From positions 109,246,001 through 109,310,000 of the forward strand of contig NC_086108.1 of the NCBI RefSeq assembly GCF_963921235.1: a stretch of DNA of 64,000 nt. Reading direction: 5' to 3'. The notes beneath the pieces are model-generated. The model saw only the letters and a program-made list of their open reading frames with translations. It searched no databases and was not told where the DNA came from. This stretch comes from Mobula hypostoma (Eukaryota). The position numbers and the translations under genes were made by a program. Position 1 is the stretch's first letter. Every line of letters begins with the position of its first letter. Shown piece by piece: positions 1-11,677 of the stretch.

Positions 1-260
1 CTTCCAGCACTTTGAGCTGAGCCTCTCACCTGCCTACCGATTTAACCTGAGCCTAATCACAGGGCAATGTACAATGTTTAATCAGCCTACTGACTGGTCC
101 GTCTTTGGACTGTGGGAGGAAACCAGAGCACCTGGAGGAAGCCCACTCATTCCACGGGGAGGAGATACAGGACTCCTTACAAATGGCATCAGAATGAAAC
201 TCCGAACTCTGACATTCTGAGCTGTAAGTGTCACCAAGTGTGCTGACAGACCACTGTACC
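1..260 (-). mobile_element. V-domain SINE (HE1-like), partial
   Basis: Reverse complement of the V-domain motif (tgtgggaggaaaccagagcacctggagga); similar to the + strand copies at 31565 and 61230. Confidence 0.7.
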
Positions 261-465
261 CACGTGCGAGGAACGACAGACTCCCATGTAGAGACGGAAA
301 CAAAAGTTTATTCATTGGAATTTCAAATGAACATCAGTGGCCTGGCCAAGCGACACCGTGCGATGAATCACACAAGATCTCCACGATAAGCACTAATCAC
401 AGTACCCATGCCAGACAAAATAAACTAGACAAGGTTAAACAGAAACCATAAGGGCTTAATGACTT

Positions 466-735
466 AATGACTGGGATGAGGAGGAACTTTTCCCAGAGAG
501 TGGTGACTCTGTGGAATTCTCTGCCCAATGAAGCAGTGGAGGCTACCTCAGTAAATATATTTAAGACAGGTTGGATAGATTTTTGCATAGTAGGGGAATT
601 AAGGGTTATGGGGAAAAAGCAGGTAGGTGGAGATGAGTCCATGGCCAGATCAGCCATGATCTTATGGAACGGCGGAGCAGGCTTGACATGCCAGATTGCC
701 GACTCCTGCTCCTATTTCTTATGTTCTTATGACTC
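466..735 (+). mobile_element. CR1/HER1 LINE 3' end
   Basis: ORF2 C-terminus RRNFSQRVVTLWNSLP, CR1 3'UTR and (CTTATGTT)-type tail. Confidence 0.85.
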
Positions 736-740
736 CAGAT

Positions 741-940
741 GCCGGCTGGTGGTGTAGTGGCATCAGCGCCGGACTTCAGAGCAAAGGCTCCCGAGTTCGA
801 ATCCCGCCGGCTCCCCATGCGTTCCATCCGTGCTGGGTTGAGCGTCGAGCCGGCAACTCGACCTCATGAAAAAAAAAATTGCCTGCTACAGAAACATCAA
901 CAGCAAAAAGTTGTCTCGTGAGTTTAAGGGGCAATTTCCT
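741..940 (+). mobile_element. tRNA-derived SINE (head shared with copies at 8507 and 21759)
   Basis: A box tggtgtagtgg (~750-760), B box gagttcgaatcc (793-804), then gagcgtcgagccggcaactcgacctc and an A-run. Confidence 0.75.
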
Positions 941-1227
941 TTTTTTCCTTTTATGACTCCAGATAAGACAGCACTGAGCAAATACACGCACACAGGCCCG
1001 CATACTGGAACGACAGAGCTCTGGTCCCAGAGCAAGCAGCGACCAGATGTTTGGACGATTTGGTGCCCAGCTGGGTCTGTTTGCTGCTCCGTGGCACTTG
1101 CTTGGCTCTGCACTGGACTGAAGCTGTGGCCTGCTCTGACTGCTTCATGCCTGGCTTCATGTCTGTGAACTCAGTTTTGTTCAGAATGCTATTTGCTTAC
1201 TTTTATTGTTTGCACAATTTGTTTTTT

Positions 1228-1465
1228 AGACAATAGACAATAGACAATAGGTGCAGGAGTAGGCCATTCGGCCCTTCGAGCCAGCACCGCCATTCACTGT
1301 GATCATGGCTGATCATCCACAATCAGTATCCAGTTCCTGCCTTATCCCCATAACCTTTGATTCCGCTATCTTTAAGAGCTCTATCCATCTCTTCCTTGAA
1401 AGCATCCAGACACTTGGTCTCCACAGCCTTCTGGGGCACAGCATTCCATATATCCACCACTCTCT
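1228..1465 (-). mobile_element. CR1 LINE 3' end with (TATTGTC)n tail
   Basis: (gacaata)x3 followed by reverse CR1 3'UTR; closely similar to 11678-11930. Confidence 0.85.
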
Positions 1466-2244
1466 GTACATGGGGTGTTTGATGGTCTTCTTTATTTAAT
1501 GGCTCCTATGGCATTTCTTTGCTTTGTGGCTTCCTGTTAGGAAATGAATCTCTCTAATCTGTATAATATACACAGACTTTGATAATAAATCTACTTTGAA
1601 CCCCTTATAGACATGGAAACATAGGAAACTGGAGATGCTGGAATTCAGAGCAGCAAACAATTTGCCAGAGGAACTCAGCAACTGAGCAGCATTTGTGGCA
1701 GGGAAGAGGTGGTCTCCATTTTGGATTGAGATCCTGCTTGAAGACTGAGAGTGTAGAGGAGAGATTCTGTGTATAAGGAATTGAGGAGGAAGGGTGAGGT
1801 AGGAGCAAGTGGGCAATAGGTGAAAGCAGGCAAGGAGCAGATGGATGAGGAGAGAGCAAAGAGAGCCACAGAGGCTGGGAGGTGATAGATGGAATACTGA
1901 GACCTTCATGTTTCTAGCAGTGAACATCCCCAATAGACAGTCCCGGTCCAATCATAACATGGCAAAGAAAGCTCAGGCCAGCATCTACTTTCAAAGTTAA
2001 AGGTTCAATGTAAATTTATTATAAAAGTACATATATGTCACCATTTACTACCTAGAAATTTATTTTCTTGAAGGAATTCACAGCAAAAACAGAGACATAC
2101 AATGGAATCAATGAGAAACTACAGAGACTGATAAACAACCAATGCGCAAAAGAAGTCAAACTGCAAAAGAAATAAAACACTAAATGAATAATATGAAGAA
2201 AATGAGTTATAGAATCCTTGAAAGTGAGTCCATAGGTTATGGAA

Positions 2245-2365
2245 GGGTTTCGGCCTGAAACGTCGACTGCGCCTCTTCCTAGAGATGCTGCTTGGCCTTC
2301 TGTGTTCACCAGCAACTTTGATGTATGTTGCTTGAATTTCCAGCATCTGCAGAATTCCTGTTGTT
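2245..2365 (+). mobile_element. Short Penelope-like pLTR fragment with 16-bp TSD
   Basis: TSD tccataggttatggaa at 2229-2244 and 2366-2381; insert matches the end of the PLE at 13529-13650. Confidence 0.85.
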
Positions 2366-2914
2366 TCCATAGGTTATGGAATCAGTTCAATGCTGAGATG
2401 AGTGAAGTTATCCACGTCGGTTGAGGAGCCTAATGGTTGAGGGGTAATAACTGTTCCTGAACCTGGTCCTGTGGGTCCTGAGGCTCCTGTACCTCCTTCC
2501 CAATGGCAGTAGTGAGAAGAGAGCATGGCCTGGATAGTGGGGGCCCTTCAGGATGGATGATGATTGGTGATGGCTCAGGGGGCTGAAGTAGTTTGACATC
2601 TCCCTATCGACGCTTCCCGATTGTTATCAATGCACCTTAGAAAGCATTCTGTCTGGATACATCATAGATTTATAAGGCAACTGCTCTGCATCTGAATGCA
2701 AGAAACTGCAGAGAGTTGTGGGCACAGCTCAGCACATCACAGAAGCCAGTCTCCTCTCTGTGGAATCGGTCTACACTTCTCACAACCTCAATAAAGCAGC
2801 CAGCATAATCAAGGTGGTGTTTAAATTTTACTAATTTAGATTTAGATTTCAACTTTATTGTCATTGTGCTGAGCACAGATACAAAGCCAATGAAATGCAT
2901 TTAGCATCTGACCA

Positions 2915-3556
2915 GAAATGTCACACCGCTATTTAAGAAGGGGGCAAGGATGCAATTAGGAAATTATAGACCTGTTAGCTTGACATCAGTGGTTGGGAAG
3001 TTGTTGGAGTCGATTGTCAAGGATGAGGTTACAGAGTACCTGGAGGCATATGACAAGATAGGCAGAACTCAGCATGGATTCCTTAAAGGAAAATCCTGCC
3101 TGACAAACCTATTACAATTTTTTGAGGAAATTACAAGGAGGCTAGACAAGGGAGATGCAGTGGATGTTATATATTTGGATTTTCAGAAGGCCTTTGACAA
3201 GGTGCCACACATGAGGCTACTTAACAAGATAAGAGCCCATGGAATTACGGGAAAGTTACATACGTGGATAGAACATTGGCTGATTGGCAGGAAACAGAGA
3301 GTGGGAATAAAGGGATCCTATTCTGGTTGGCTGCTGGTTACCAGTGGTGTTCCACAGGGGTCCGTGTTGGGGCCACTTCTTTTTACGTTGTATATCAACA
3401 ATTTGGATTATGGAATAGATGGCTTTGTGGCTATGATGATACGAAGATAGGTGGAGGGGCCAATAGTGCTGAGGAAACAGAGAGTCTGCAGAGAGACTTG
3501 GATAGATTGGAAGAATGGGCAAAGAAGTGGCAAATGAAATACAATGTTGGAAAGTG
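2915..3556 (+). pseudogene. CR1 ORF2 reverse transcriptase fragment
   Basis: [35 protein letters not shown]; frameshift at the FADD motif. Confidence 0.92.
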
Positions 3557-4160
3557 TCACAGCCTCAGGGAAGAAGCTTTTCTTGTGCCTGCTGGTACGG
3601 GAATGATGTGGAGGCTCCTGTAGCACCTACTGGATGGGAGGAGAGTAAAAAGTCCATGGTTAGGGTGAGATGCATCCCTGATAATGCTTTTCGCCCTGCC
3701 CAGGCAGCGTTTATGGTAGATGTTCTCAATGGTGGGCAATTGGGTGCCAATAATCCGCTGGGCAGTTTTCACCACCCACTGGAGAGCTTTGTGGTCCGAT
3801 ACGGGACAATTGCCATACCACACTGAGATGCAGTTGGTGAGTATGCTGTCAATGGTACAGCGGTAAAAGTCCGTCAGTATCCTGGGACAGAAGTGAGCTC
3901 TCTTGATGCTCCGCAGGCAATAAAGGCTCTGTTGCGCCATTTTGATCAGGGTGGAGGAGTTCAGGGACCAGGTGAGATCCTCGGAAATGTGGACACCAAG
4001 GAATTTGAAGCTTGATGCACGCTCCACTACAGCTCCGTCGATGTAGATGGGGACGTGAGTGTGACTCCTGGCATGCCTGAAGTCCACAATGATCTCCTTG
4101 GTCATCTGGGTGTTAAGGGCCAGGTTGTTGTCGGCACACCATGCAGCCAGGAGCTGGACC
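3557..4160 (-). pseudogene. Rex1/Babar LINE RT C-terminal fragment
   Basis: WCADNNLALN..TKEIIVDFR, FKFLGVHISEDLTWS, FYRCTIDSILT..ISVWYGN, SHPNHGLFTLLPS. Confidence 0.88.
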
Positions 4161-4509
4161 TGTCCACCTCCACCACGATTTAGCTGAAAGGTGAAAGGTG
4201 AGATGTTTAAGGGGAACATGAGGGGAAACTTCTTCACTCAGAGTGTGCTGAGAGTGTGGAATGAGCCAGCACAAGTGGTGGATACGATTTTGGTTTCAAC
4301 ATTTAAGACAAGTTTGAATAGGTACATGGATGGGAAAGGTATGGGGGGTTATGATCCGGGTGCAGTTTGATGGGACCAGGCAGTTTAAATAGTTTGGCAT
4401 GGACCAGATGGGCTAAGGGGACTATTTCTATTCTGTAGTTTTCCATGACTCTTTATCTGGCAGCTGGTTGCCAACATACATCACCCTTTTATTTGAAGAA
4501 GTTGCCCAA

Positions 4510-4740
4510 TGATAGCATACCGGCTAGTGTAACTCTATCACAGCACCAGCAACCCAGGTTCAATTCCTGACCTGCTGTCTGTACAGCGTTTGTATGTTCT
4601 CCCCGTGACTGTGTGGGTTTCCTCTGGGTACTCCAGTTTCCTCCCACAAAAGGTTAGTAGGTTAATTGGTCACAATGGGTTTAATTCGGTAGTGAGGGGT
4701 TGATGGGTCGGAAAGGCCTGTTACCAAATGGCATGTCTAA
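4510..4740 (+). mobile_element. V-domain SINE (HE1-like)
   Basis: B box ggttcaattcc, then ttctccccgtgactgtgtgggtttcctctgggtactccagtttcctcccac. Confidence 0.75.
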
Positions 4741-5244
4741 GCAAAACTCTAAACTGATGTCCTTTTTAAATCTCTCACCTCTGATCTTGCACCTATACTC
4801 TCCTGTTTTTCAGAAGAGACTATGTGGGCATGGCTGTGGTCTGTAGCTATCGGACTCCTGGGCTAGCTACAGTACTGACTGTGAACTCACTTTCAGAGAC
4901 TCTGTGATTAATATTCTGTGTGTTATTTGTTTTTTTTTATCATTTTCACGAGTTGATCCTTTTTCACAAATTGGATGTTTAACAGTCTTTGTTCTATGGG
5001 GTTTTTCATGGATCCTATTGTGTTTCTTTGTTTTGTGGCTGCCTACGAGGAGATGAATCTGAAGATTGCTATGGTATACATATTGTGGTAATAAACATAC
5101 GGTGAAATTTGACGTGCTTTTACCCCCTCTATGCCCCTCATGATCTTCTGCATCTCCATCTGATCACCCCTTAATCTCCTAAATTCCAGGGAATAAAGTA
5201 TAAATCTATGAACCATACTGACACACCAAAGTGGTGCTTCAAAA

Positions 5245-5483
5245 ACCATCGAAGTTGCTGGTGAACGCAGCAGGTCAGGCAGCATCTCTAGGAAGAGGTA
5301 CAGTCGACGTTTTGGGCTGAGACTCTGACGACCCTGACCCTGACCTTGACGTGTCCTGATGAAGGGTCTCGGCCTGAAACGTCGACTGTACCTTTTCCTA
5401 CAGATGCTGCCTGACCTGCTGCGTTCACCAGCAACTTTGATGTGTGTTGCTTGAATTTCCGGCATCTGCAGAATTCCTGTTGT
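5245..5483 (+). mobile_element. Fold-back Penelope-like pLTR insertion with 13-bp TSD
   Basis: TSD tggtgcttcaaaa at 5232-5244 and 5484-5496; inverted arms ~5252-5326 and ~5363-5437. Confidence 0.85.
5353..5386 (+). ncRNA. Minimal type I hammerhead ribozyme motif
   Basis: gtc-CTGATGA-agggtctcggcct-GAAA-cGTC-gac. Confidence 0.75.
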
Positions 5484-5589
5484 TGGTGCTTCAAAAGATT
5501 GTTTCAACATTTTTTTGCCATCTACCTTCCACTGGGGGTTCTTTAAGGTTGTTATAGCCTGTGGTGGTAGTGGAAACAAGCTCCTATTA

Positions 5590-6095
5590 AAACCTCGCAA
5601 TGGTGTGCATCTCAAATAGCCTCTGACAACCAAGTCCAGCTCCTGGTCTTCATGTGTGGCTTAGCTGCTAAACCCAGTGGAACTGTTCCTACTGACAGGA
5701 GAAGGGGCAAAGGTGGGTCACTGGCAACTTAAAACCAGTCGCTTTAGGCAGGTGGGGCTCATCAGCCGTGGTTGGCAGCTCATTTAGGAGAAGGAAAACT
5801 CTGATCTCAAACCTCCGCTGCTTTGTGGCTATACCCACTCACGGGGAAGGCTCCGGGAGTAAGCCCCAAGGGAAAAGTCCAGAGCTGGAGTCCCTAAGAC
5901 AGTCCTACGTTGAGTTCAATGCTGGCTGGCAACTCCTGCGATGCTGCTGGTACCAAACTGTGTCGGTCTCTGCCGTTCCTTTGGGTTTATCAGATGAAAT
6001 GGGGGAGCTTGCTCTCAATATCGTACCGCCCAGGCTTGTGTATCCAGACAGCTAGGACACAACATCATGGTCGACCCTGACTGATGGAGGCTTCA
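5590..6095 (+). mobile_element. RTE-type non-autonomous element (related copy at 27575-27955, minus strand)
   Basis: aggagaaggaaaactctgatctcaaacctccgctg segment shared with the reverse copy; no coding capacity. Confidence 0.55.
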
Positions 6096-6175
6096 CGCCC
6101 GTGGGCTCAACCAACTCTCTGTTGTGAAGTGGTTCCAAGAATCATAGAGCCCTTTATCATTATAGATGCAACATA

Positions 6176-6748
6176 CACTCAGTGGCCAACTGCACCTAAT
6201 ATACCTCGTCTACCTAATGAATTGGCCACTGAGTGCATGTTCATGGTGTTCTGCTGCTGTAGCCCATCCATGTCAAGGCTGGCATTGCTGTGCATTCAGA
6301 GATGCTCTCCTGCACACCACTGTTGTAACACGTGGTTATTTGTGTTACGGCCACTTTTACGTCAGCTTGAACCAGTCTGGCCATTCTCCTTTGACTTCTG
6401 TCATTAACAAGGCATTTTCTCCTACAGAAATGCTGCTTACAGATTTTTTTTTTCTTTTTGCACCCTTCTCTGTAAACATTAGAGACTACTGTGCGTGAAA
6501 ATCCCTGGAGATCAGCAGTTTCTGAGATACTCAAACCACCCCGTCTGGCTCCAACAGTCATTCCATGGTCAAAAATCACTTAGATCACATTTCTTCTCCA
6601 TTCTGATGTTTGGTTTGAGCAACAATTGAACCTCTTGTCCATGTCTGTAAGCTTTTATATATTGAGTAGTTACCACATGATTGGCTGATTAGATATTTGC
6701 ATTAATGAGCAGGTGTGCAGGTGTACCTAATAAAGTGGCCACTGGGTG
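6176..6748 (-). mobile_element. Tc1/mariner non-autonomous derivative with transposase N-terminal remnant
   Basis: TA at 6174-6175 and 6749-6750; TIRs cactcagtggcca / tggccactgggtg; ORF 6241-6579 (GARRGGLSISETADLQGFSRTVVS..RRMARLVQAD) resembles the Tc1 paired-like HTH. Confidence 0.85.
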
Positions 6749-7749
6749 TACTCTCAATACATTTAATTTAATAATTTCTCTGGATAAAATCTGTTAATTT
6801 TTCTTTAACTTTTGCCATCTTGCTGTTTTTTTTAATCTATCTCTTTTTTTGGTGATTAAACATCTGTTCCCACAGTTACATTGGCTCTGCTTGGGGGAGC
6901 CTGCTTAAATTGGAGAGCTGGGGGAGATTGATGATGTCTTCAAAACGCCCGGCAGGGAGTTCATCTCACATTTTAACATATGCACATTATTAATAAGGTT
7001 AGAGTCTCCATTTGCTTGTTGAGGTCAGACCAGTAAAACATGTTCCCTGCAAAGTATGGGTATGGATATGCCTACAATCTGAAGGATTACTGATGGGATT
7101 GCGTGATTGCTTCACAACCTGCAGCTATAATGTAAAGGCAGAGACTGAAGACCATTATAAATCACTAGTAAGTTCTTAATCACCTCAGATATATTCTCCT
7201 TTCAATGCATGCTCAAATCCCAGAGAAAGACATAGCCTGATTATATTTGTTGTTTGTGTAAAATGGCTTCAAGCAACATGCTCTCCATTTCCGAAACACC
7301 TTTCAGAAACTCTGGATAACCCAATTAAGTACTTGTCAAGTCACTGTCGAAGTGCAGGGGACGCAGCTTCAAATTTTCACCAGCCGGCTTTCCTGAACAG
7401 TCAAATATCGTGCATCATTGGAGAGGTAAATGTAGGCTGGAAATCCAAGCACCACCAAAGGTTAACTTGCAGGATGAGGCTGTGGTTAGGAAGGACAATC
7501 CAATGCAGCATTTATTTGGAGAAAACTAGAATATCGGAATCAGTTGTAATATATGTTGTAAAATTTGCAGCAGTACATTGCAATACATAATAATAAAAAC
7601 TGTAAAGTACAGTAATTATATATTTTAAAATGTTAAATTAAGTAAGTAGTGCAAAAAAAGGAAGAAAAGAGTGAGGTAGTGTTCATGGGGTCAATGTCCA
7701 TTCAGAAATCTGATGACAGAGGGGAAGAGGCTGTTCCTTTTTTTCCCAT

Positions 7750-8410
7750 TGCCATATAAAAGCAAGGTTTTATCAGGCGCTGGTCAGACAGCACTTGGAG
7801 TATTGTGAGCAATTCTGGGCCACTTATCTCAGAAGGAATGTGCTGGCATTGGAGAGGGTCTAGCTGAGATTCTCGGGAATAGATCAGTTCATGATAAAAT
7901 GGCGGAGCAGACTCGATGGGCCGAATGGCCGACTTCTGCTCCTTTGTCTTATGGTCTTATGGGAATTAAAGGGTTAACATATGATGAATGTTTGATGGCT
8001 CTAAGGCCTGTACTCACTGGAGTTTAGAAGACTGAGGAGGTCTCATTGAAACTTATCGAAAACTGAAAGGCCTGGACAGAGTGGAAATGGAGAGGATGTT
8101 TCTTATTGTGGGTAACCCAGGGCCAGAGGACACAACTTCAGAATAGAAGGATGCTCCTTTAGAACAGAGATGAGGAGGAAATTCTTTAGACAGAGAGTGG
8201 TGAATATGTGCAATTCATTGCACAGGCAACTGTGGGTTTATTTAAGCAGAGGTTGATAGTTTCTTGATTAGTCAGGGTGACAAAGGTTATGGGGAGAAGG
8301 CAGGAGAATGGGGTTGAGAGGGATAATAAATCAGCCATATTGATATGGCAGAGCAGACTCGATGGCTGAATGACGATTTTGCTCTGTTGTCTTATGGTCT
8401 TATGGTCCCA
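7750..8410 (+). mobile_element. CR1 3' region with a nested short CR1 tail (~7882-7960)
   Basis: HLEYC/QFW-type remnants and CR1 3'UTR; gggaat repeated on both sides of the nested tail. Confidence 0.8.
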
Positions 8411-8506
8411 TATTGTGGCTCCAACAGGGGCAGATGAAAACTTCAAACAGTACAGCACACGAGGAAATCCCTGATCTGGTGCTAAGGATTAGTCCTTTAA
8501 CGTCAA

Positions 8507-8760
8507 TTTTTTTTCTTGTGTGCCATACTCTGCCAGAGCCTTGGCAACCACTTTTTCAGGTGGTTGTCTTGGAGGAAAGATTCTGTGAGTGGTCCCCCAC
8601 GTCCTTCTCACTGCGCAGTTTTTTTTTACGAGGCCGAGTTGCGAGCTCGACACTCAACTTGGCAAGGATAGAAAGTGTGCCCGGGAGCGGCCCGACTGGA
8701 TTTGAACTTGGGAACCTTCGTTCCGGAGTCCGGTGCTGATGTCACTGCGCCACCATCAGT
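8507..8760 (-). mobile_element. tRNA-headed bipartite SINE
   Basis: Reverse complement aligns along its full length with 21759-22019. Confidence 0.8.
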
Positions 8761-9189
8761 AGCACACACAAAATACCGGTTTGGTGATTTCCTCAGCTGG
8801 TCAGACGGCATCTACAAAGAGGAATAAAGAGTCGACATTTCTGGCTGAGACCCTTCATCAGGATAGTTCACGAAGCAGTGATTATGTTTTAAATGTCTTT
8901 TACTTAAGATTTCCCTCAGCAATATGCAATATTCAGCTCTCTGTTTTTCCTCCTTCTGCATTATCTCAATGTGTCTGTAAGAAGATAAGATACAGGAGCA
9001 GAATTAGGTCATTCGGCCCAACAAGACTTGTCTGCCATTCAATTATGGCTGATTATATCTTTCTCAACCCCCATTCAAGCTCTCTGTATCCTATAACCCC
9101 TTACCAATAAAGAACCCATCAATCTCTGGTTTAAATACACCCAAATACTTTGCCTCCACAGCTGCCTGTGATACAAGATTCCACAAATT

Positions 9190-10060
9190 CACTCATTCGT
9201 TCGATATGTGCTATGACGTATGACACAGGCAGAAATGGTTTGCCATTGCCTTCTTCTGGGCAGTGTCTTTACAAGACGGGTGATCCCAGCCATTATCAAT
9301 ACTTCAGAGATTGTCTGCCTGGCGTCAGTAGTCGCCTGGCCTCAGTAGTAGTATTCCAGAACGAGGGGCCACAGTTTGAGGATAGAGGGGAAGCCTTTTA
9401 GGACCGAGATTAGGAAAAACTTCTTCACACAGAGAGTGGTGAATCTGTGGAATTCTCTGCCACAGGAAACAGTTGAGGCCAGTTCATTGGCTATATTTAA
9501 GAGGGAGTTAGATATGGCTCTTGTGGCTACGGGGGTCAGGGGGTATGGAGGGAAGGCTGGGGCGGGGTTCTGAGTTGGATGATCAGCCATGATCATAATA
9601 AATGGCGGTGCAGGCTCGAAGGGCCGAATGGCCTACTCCTGCACCTATTTTCTATGTTTCTATGTTTCTATAATCAGGACTTGTGATATGCACCAGCTTC
9701 TCATACGACCATCCACCACCTGCTCGCATGAAGTCACATGACCCTGATCGGGGGAGGGAGGCAATAAGCAGGTACTACATGTTGTGTTCTTTATATTCAT
9801 ATATACGGTGAGTTACTAATAAAGAACCATGTTCTGGAAGAAATAGAACTTTTATTTAACAACAACCACAATGTTTTTACAATACCATGTTTCTCAATCT
9901 TTCTATCATCCCTGCGCATGCTCCGAACTCTCTCCAATCACGTTCTTACACGTCATATCACCACACCACACTTTGCCCAAGGGTGATCTGCAGGCTAACA
10001 GAGGGAAGGAACACCTTACACCTCCCTTGGTAAAAGCATATTCCCACCCCGCTGTCCAAA
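9190..10060 (-). mobile_element. RTE/BovB-type non-autonomous element interrupted by a CR1 3' end (~9340-9670) and a solo LTR
   Basis: Minus strand carries agaaggcaatggcaaacca; same family at 35710-35960 (+) and 41810-42135 (-). Confidence 0.7.
9780..9965 (-). mobile_element. Solo LTR (186 bp)
   Basis: tgttgtg...caccaca ends (TG...CA); TSD ctaca (9775-9779) / ccaca (9966-9970); AATAAA on the minus strand; host element resumes on both sides. Confidence 0.7.
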
Positions 10061-10519
10061 CAAATTCACCACCCTCTGGATAAATAAAATTCCTCCTCAT
10101 CTCTGTTTTAAAGGCATGTCTCTTTATTCTGAGGCTGTGGCCTCAGATCAAGGACTCTCCTACTATTGGAAACATCCTCTCCACGCCGACTCCATCCAGG
10201 CCTTTCAGTGTCCAAAGCAACACACACAAAATGGTGGAGGAACTCAGTGGGTCAGGCAGCATCTATGAAAGAGAGTAAAGACTGAGAGGGGAGGGGGAGA
10301 GTTGTCTGAATTAAAAGGTGGGGGAGGAGAAAAAGTGAGGGGAGTAGTGAAGCCGGGAGGGTGGGAAAGATCAAGGGTTGGAGAAGAAAGAATCTGATTG
10401 GAGAAGAGAGTGGGACAACAGGAGAAAGGGAATCAGGAAGAGACCCGGGGGAAGTAATAGGCAGGGGAGAAGAAGTGAAAGGTCAGAGCGGAGTATAGAG
10501 GAAGTGAGGGTGGGAGGGG

Positions 10520-11328
10520 GAACTCGGAGGGGCGGAGGAAAGCGATGATGGCTCTAAACAATGACTCCTTTGTTTGCATCTTCGGAAACATCTCTATCTT
10601 TGATATCCCTTTTTTACCTTTTCAAGGTTCTTTTGAAGACCCTGACCTGGAGTTACACTCTGACTTCGGTTCTTAACGGGAATGGGTCCCACTCTCAGGG
10701 CCTCACGACCGGTCGCTTTTTGATATCCCAAGGACGCGGCCTGGAAGACTAATGTGCCTTCAGGGTTCCGGATTTTCGTGGCTCTGGAGACGGGCTGGCT
10801 CTAGGCCGGTGCTCCTGACTGAAGCGTCATGGGAGAACACAGAACACTGGGTACAGCAGGCTAGGTGCCGTGGGTTGTGTGTCCAGAGAGCTGCACCTTG
10901 CTGGGGGCAGAGCTCGGAAAAAGCGACACAACAGACTTTTAACATGTTTGTTATGTCATCCCTCTTGCTGTGAAACAGGGACACCTCGTTTTCCCTTATT
11001 AGGGAGAGAGAGAGAGAGAGCCTGTGGTATGTCAAATTACCAGGTGAACAAGTAGACGTTGGGGTACTGCAATATCTGTGTGTTTATTGACATTTTCTGC
11101 ATGCTTGAGTGCTCGGTGGAGGGTGCCGATGCCTTTTACTGGGGGGGGGGTGACACTGCTGCTTGTGTGTGGGAGGGGGAGCTGGGGGGGCTTTGGGGTT
11201 CTAACATTTAACTGTCATTCATTCTTTGGGGCACTCCTCTATTTTTGTGGATGTTTGCAAAGGTAAAGAATTTCGGGGTGTATATTGTATACATATCTCT
11301 GACATTAAATGTACCTATTGAAACCTAT
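10520..11328 (+). mobile_element. Unclassified ~800-bp non-autonomous retroelement with Rex1-like 3' tail
   Basis: GC-rich head; tail gaatttcggggtgtatattgtatacat...attaaatgtacctattgaaac shared with 53200-53282. Confidence 0.5.
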
Positions 11329-11677
11329 CCCATAGGTTTCAGTGAGATTCCACCCCCACCCCATCCTTCTGAACTTCACTGAGAATTGGCCCAGGAGGGG
11401 CAAAAGGATTTCAATACAGCTGTGTGAGGTGTGCATTTTGGGAAGTCCACATAGGATTTGTTCTGTAAATGGTGGGGCACTAAAGAATGTAATGGAACAC
11501 AGGGACCCAGGAATACAAGTGCATAATTGGCTGGAAATGGTGTCACAGGCAGACAGGGCAGTGAAAAAGCCAGTTAGCAGGCTGATCTTCATCACTCCAG
11601 ATGTCAAGTATCGGAGTTGGGATATTATATTGCAGTTCTGTAGGCCGCACTGAGTACAGTTTTGGTCACCTTATTAT

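Noticed and set aside
741..815. tRNA gene
   Set aside because: A and B boxes are present, but there is no clean acceptor stem or terminator and it continues into a repeated SINE body.
5600..5790. Possible ribozyme in the RTE-type 5' region
   Set aside because: Only partial hairpins were found; no consistent P1/P2/J4-2 assignment.
9965..10060. Possible HDV-like ribozyme at the 5' end of the BovB-type family (cccttGGGCAA-hairpin-gctta; also ~42045-42135)
   Set aside because: P1 and P2 could not be assigned unambiguously, and both copies are interrupted or deleted in P4. It needs a family consensus.
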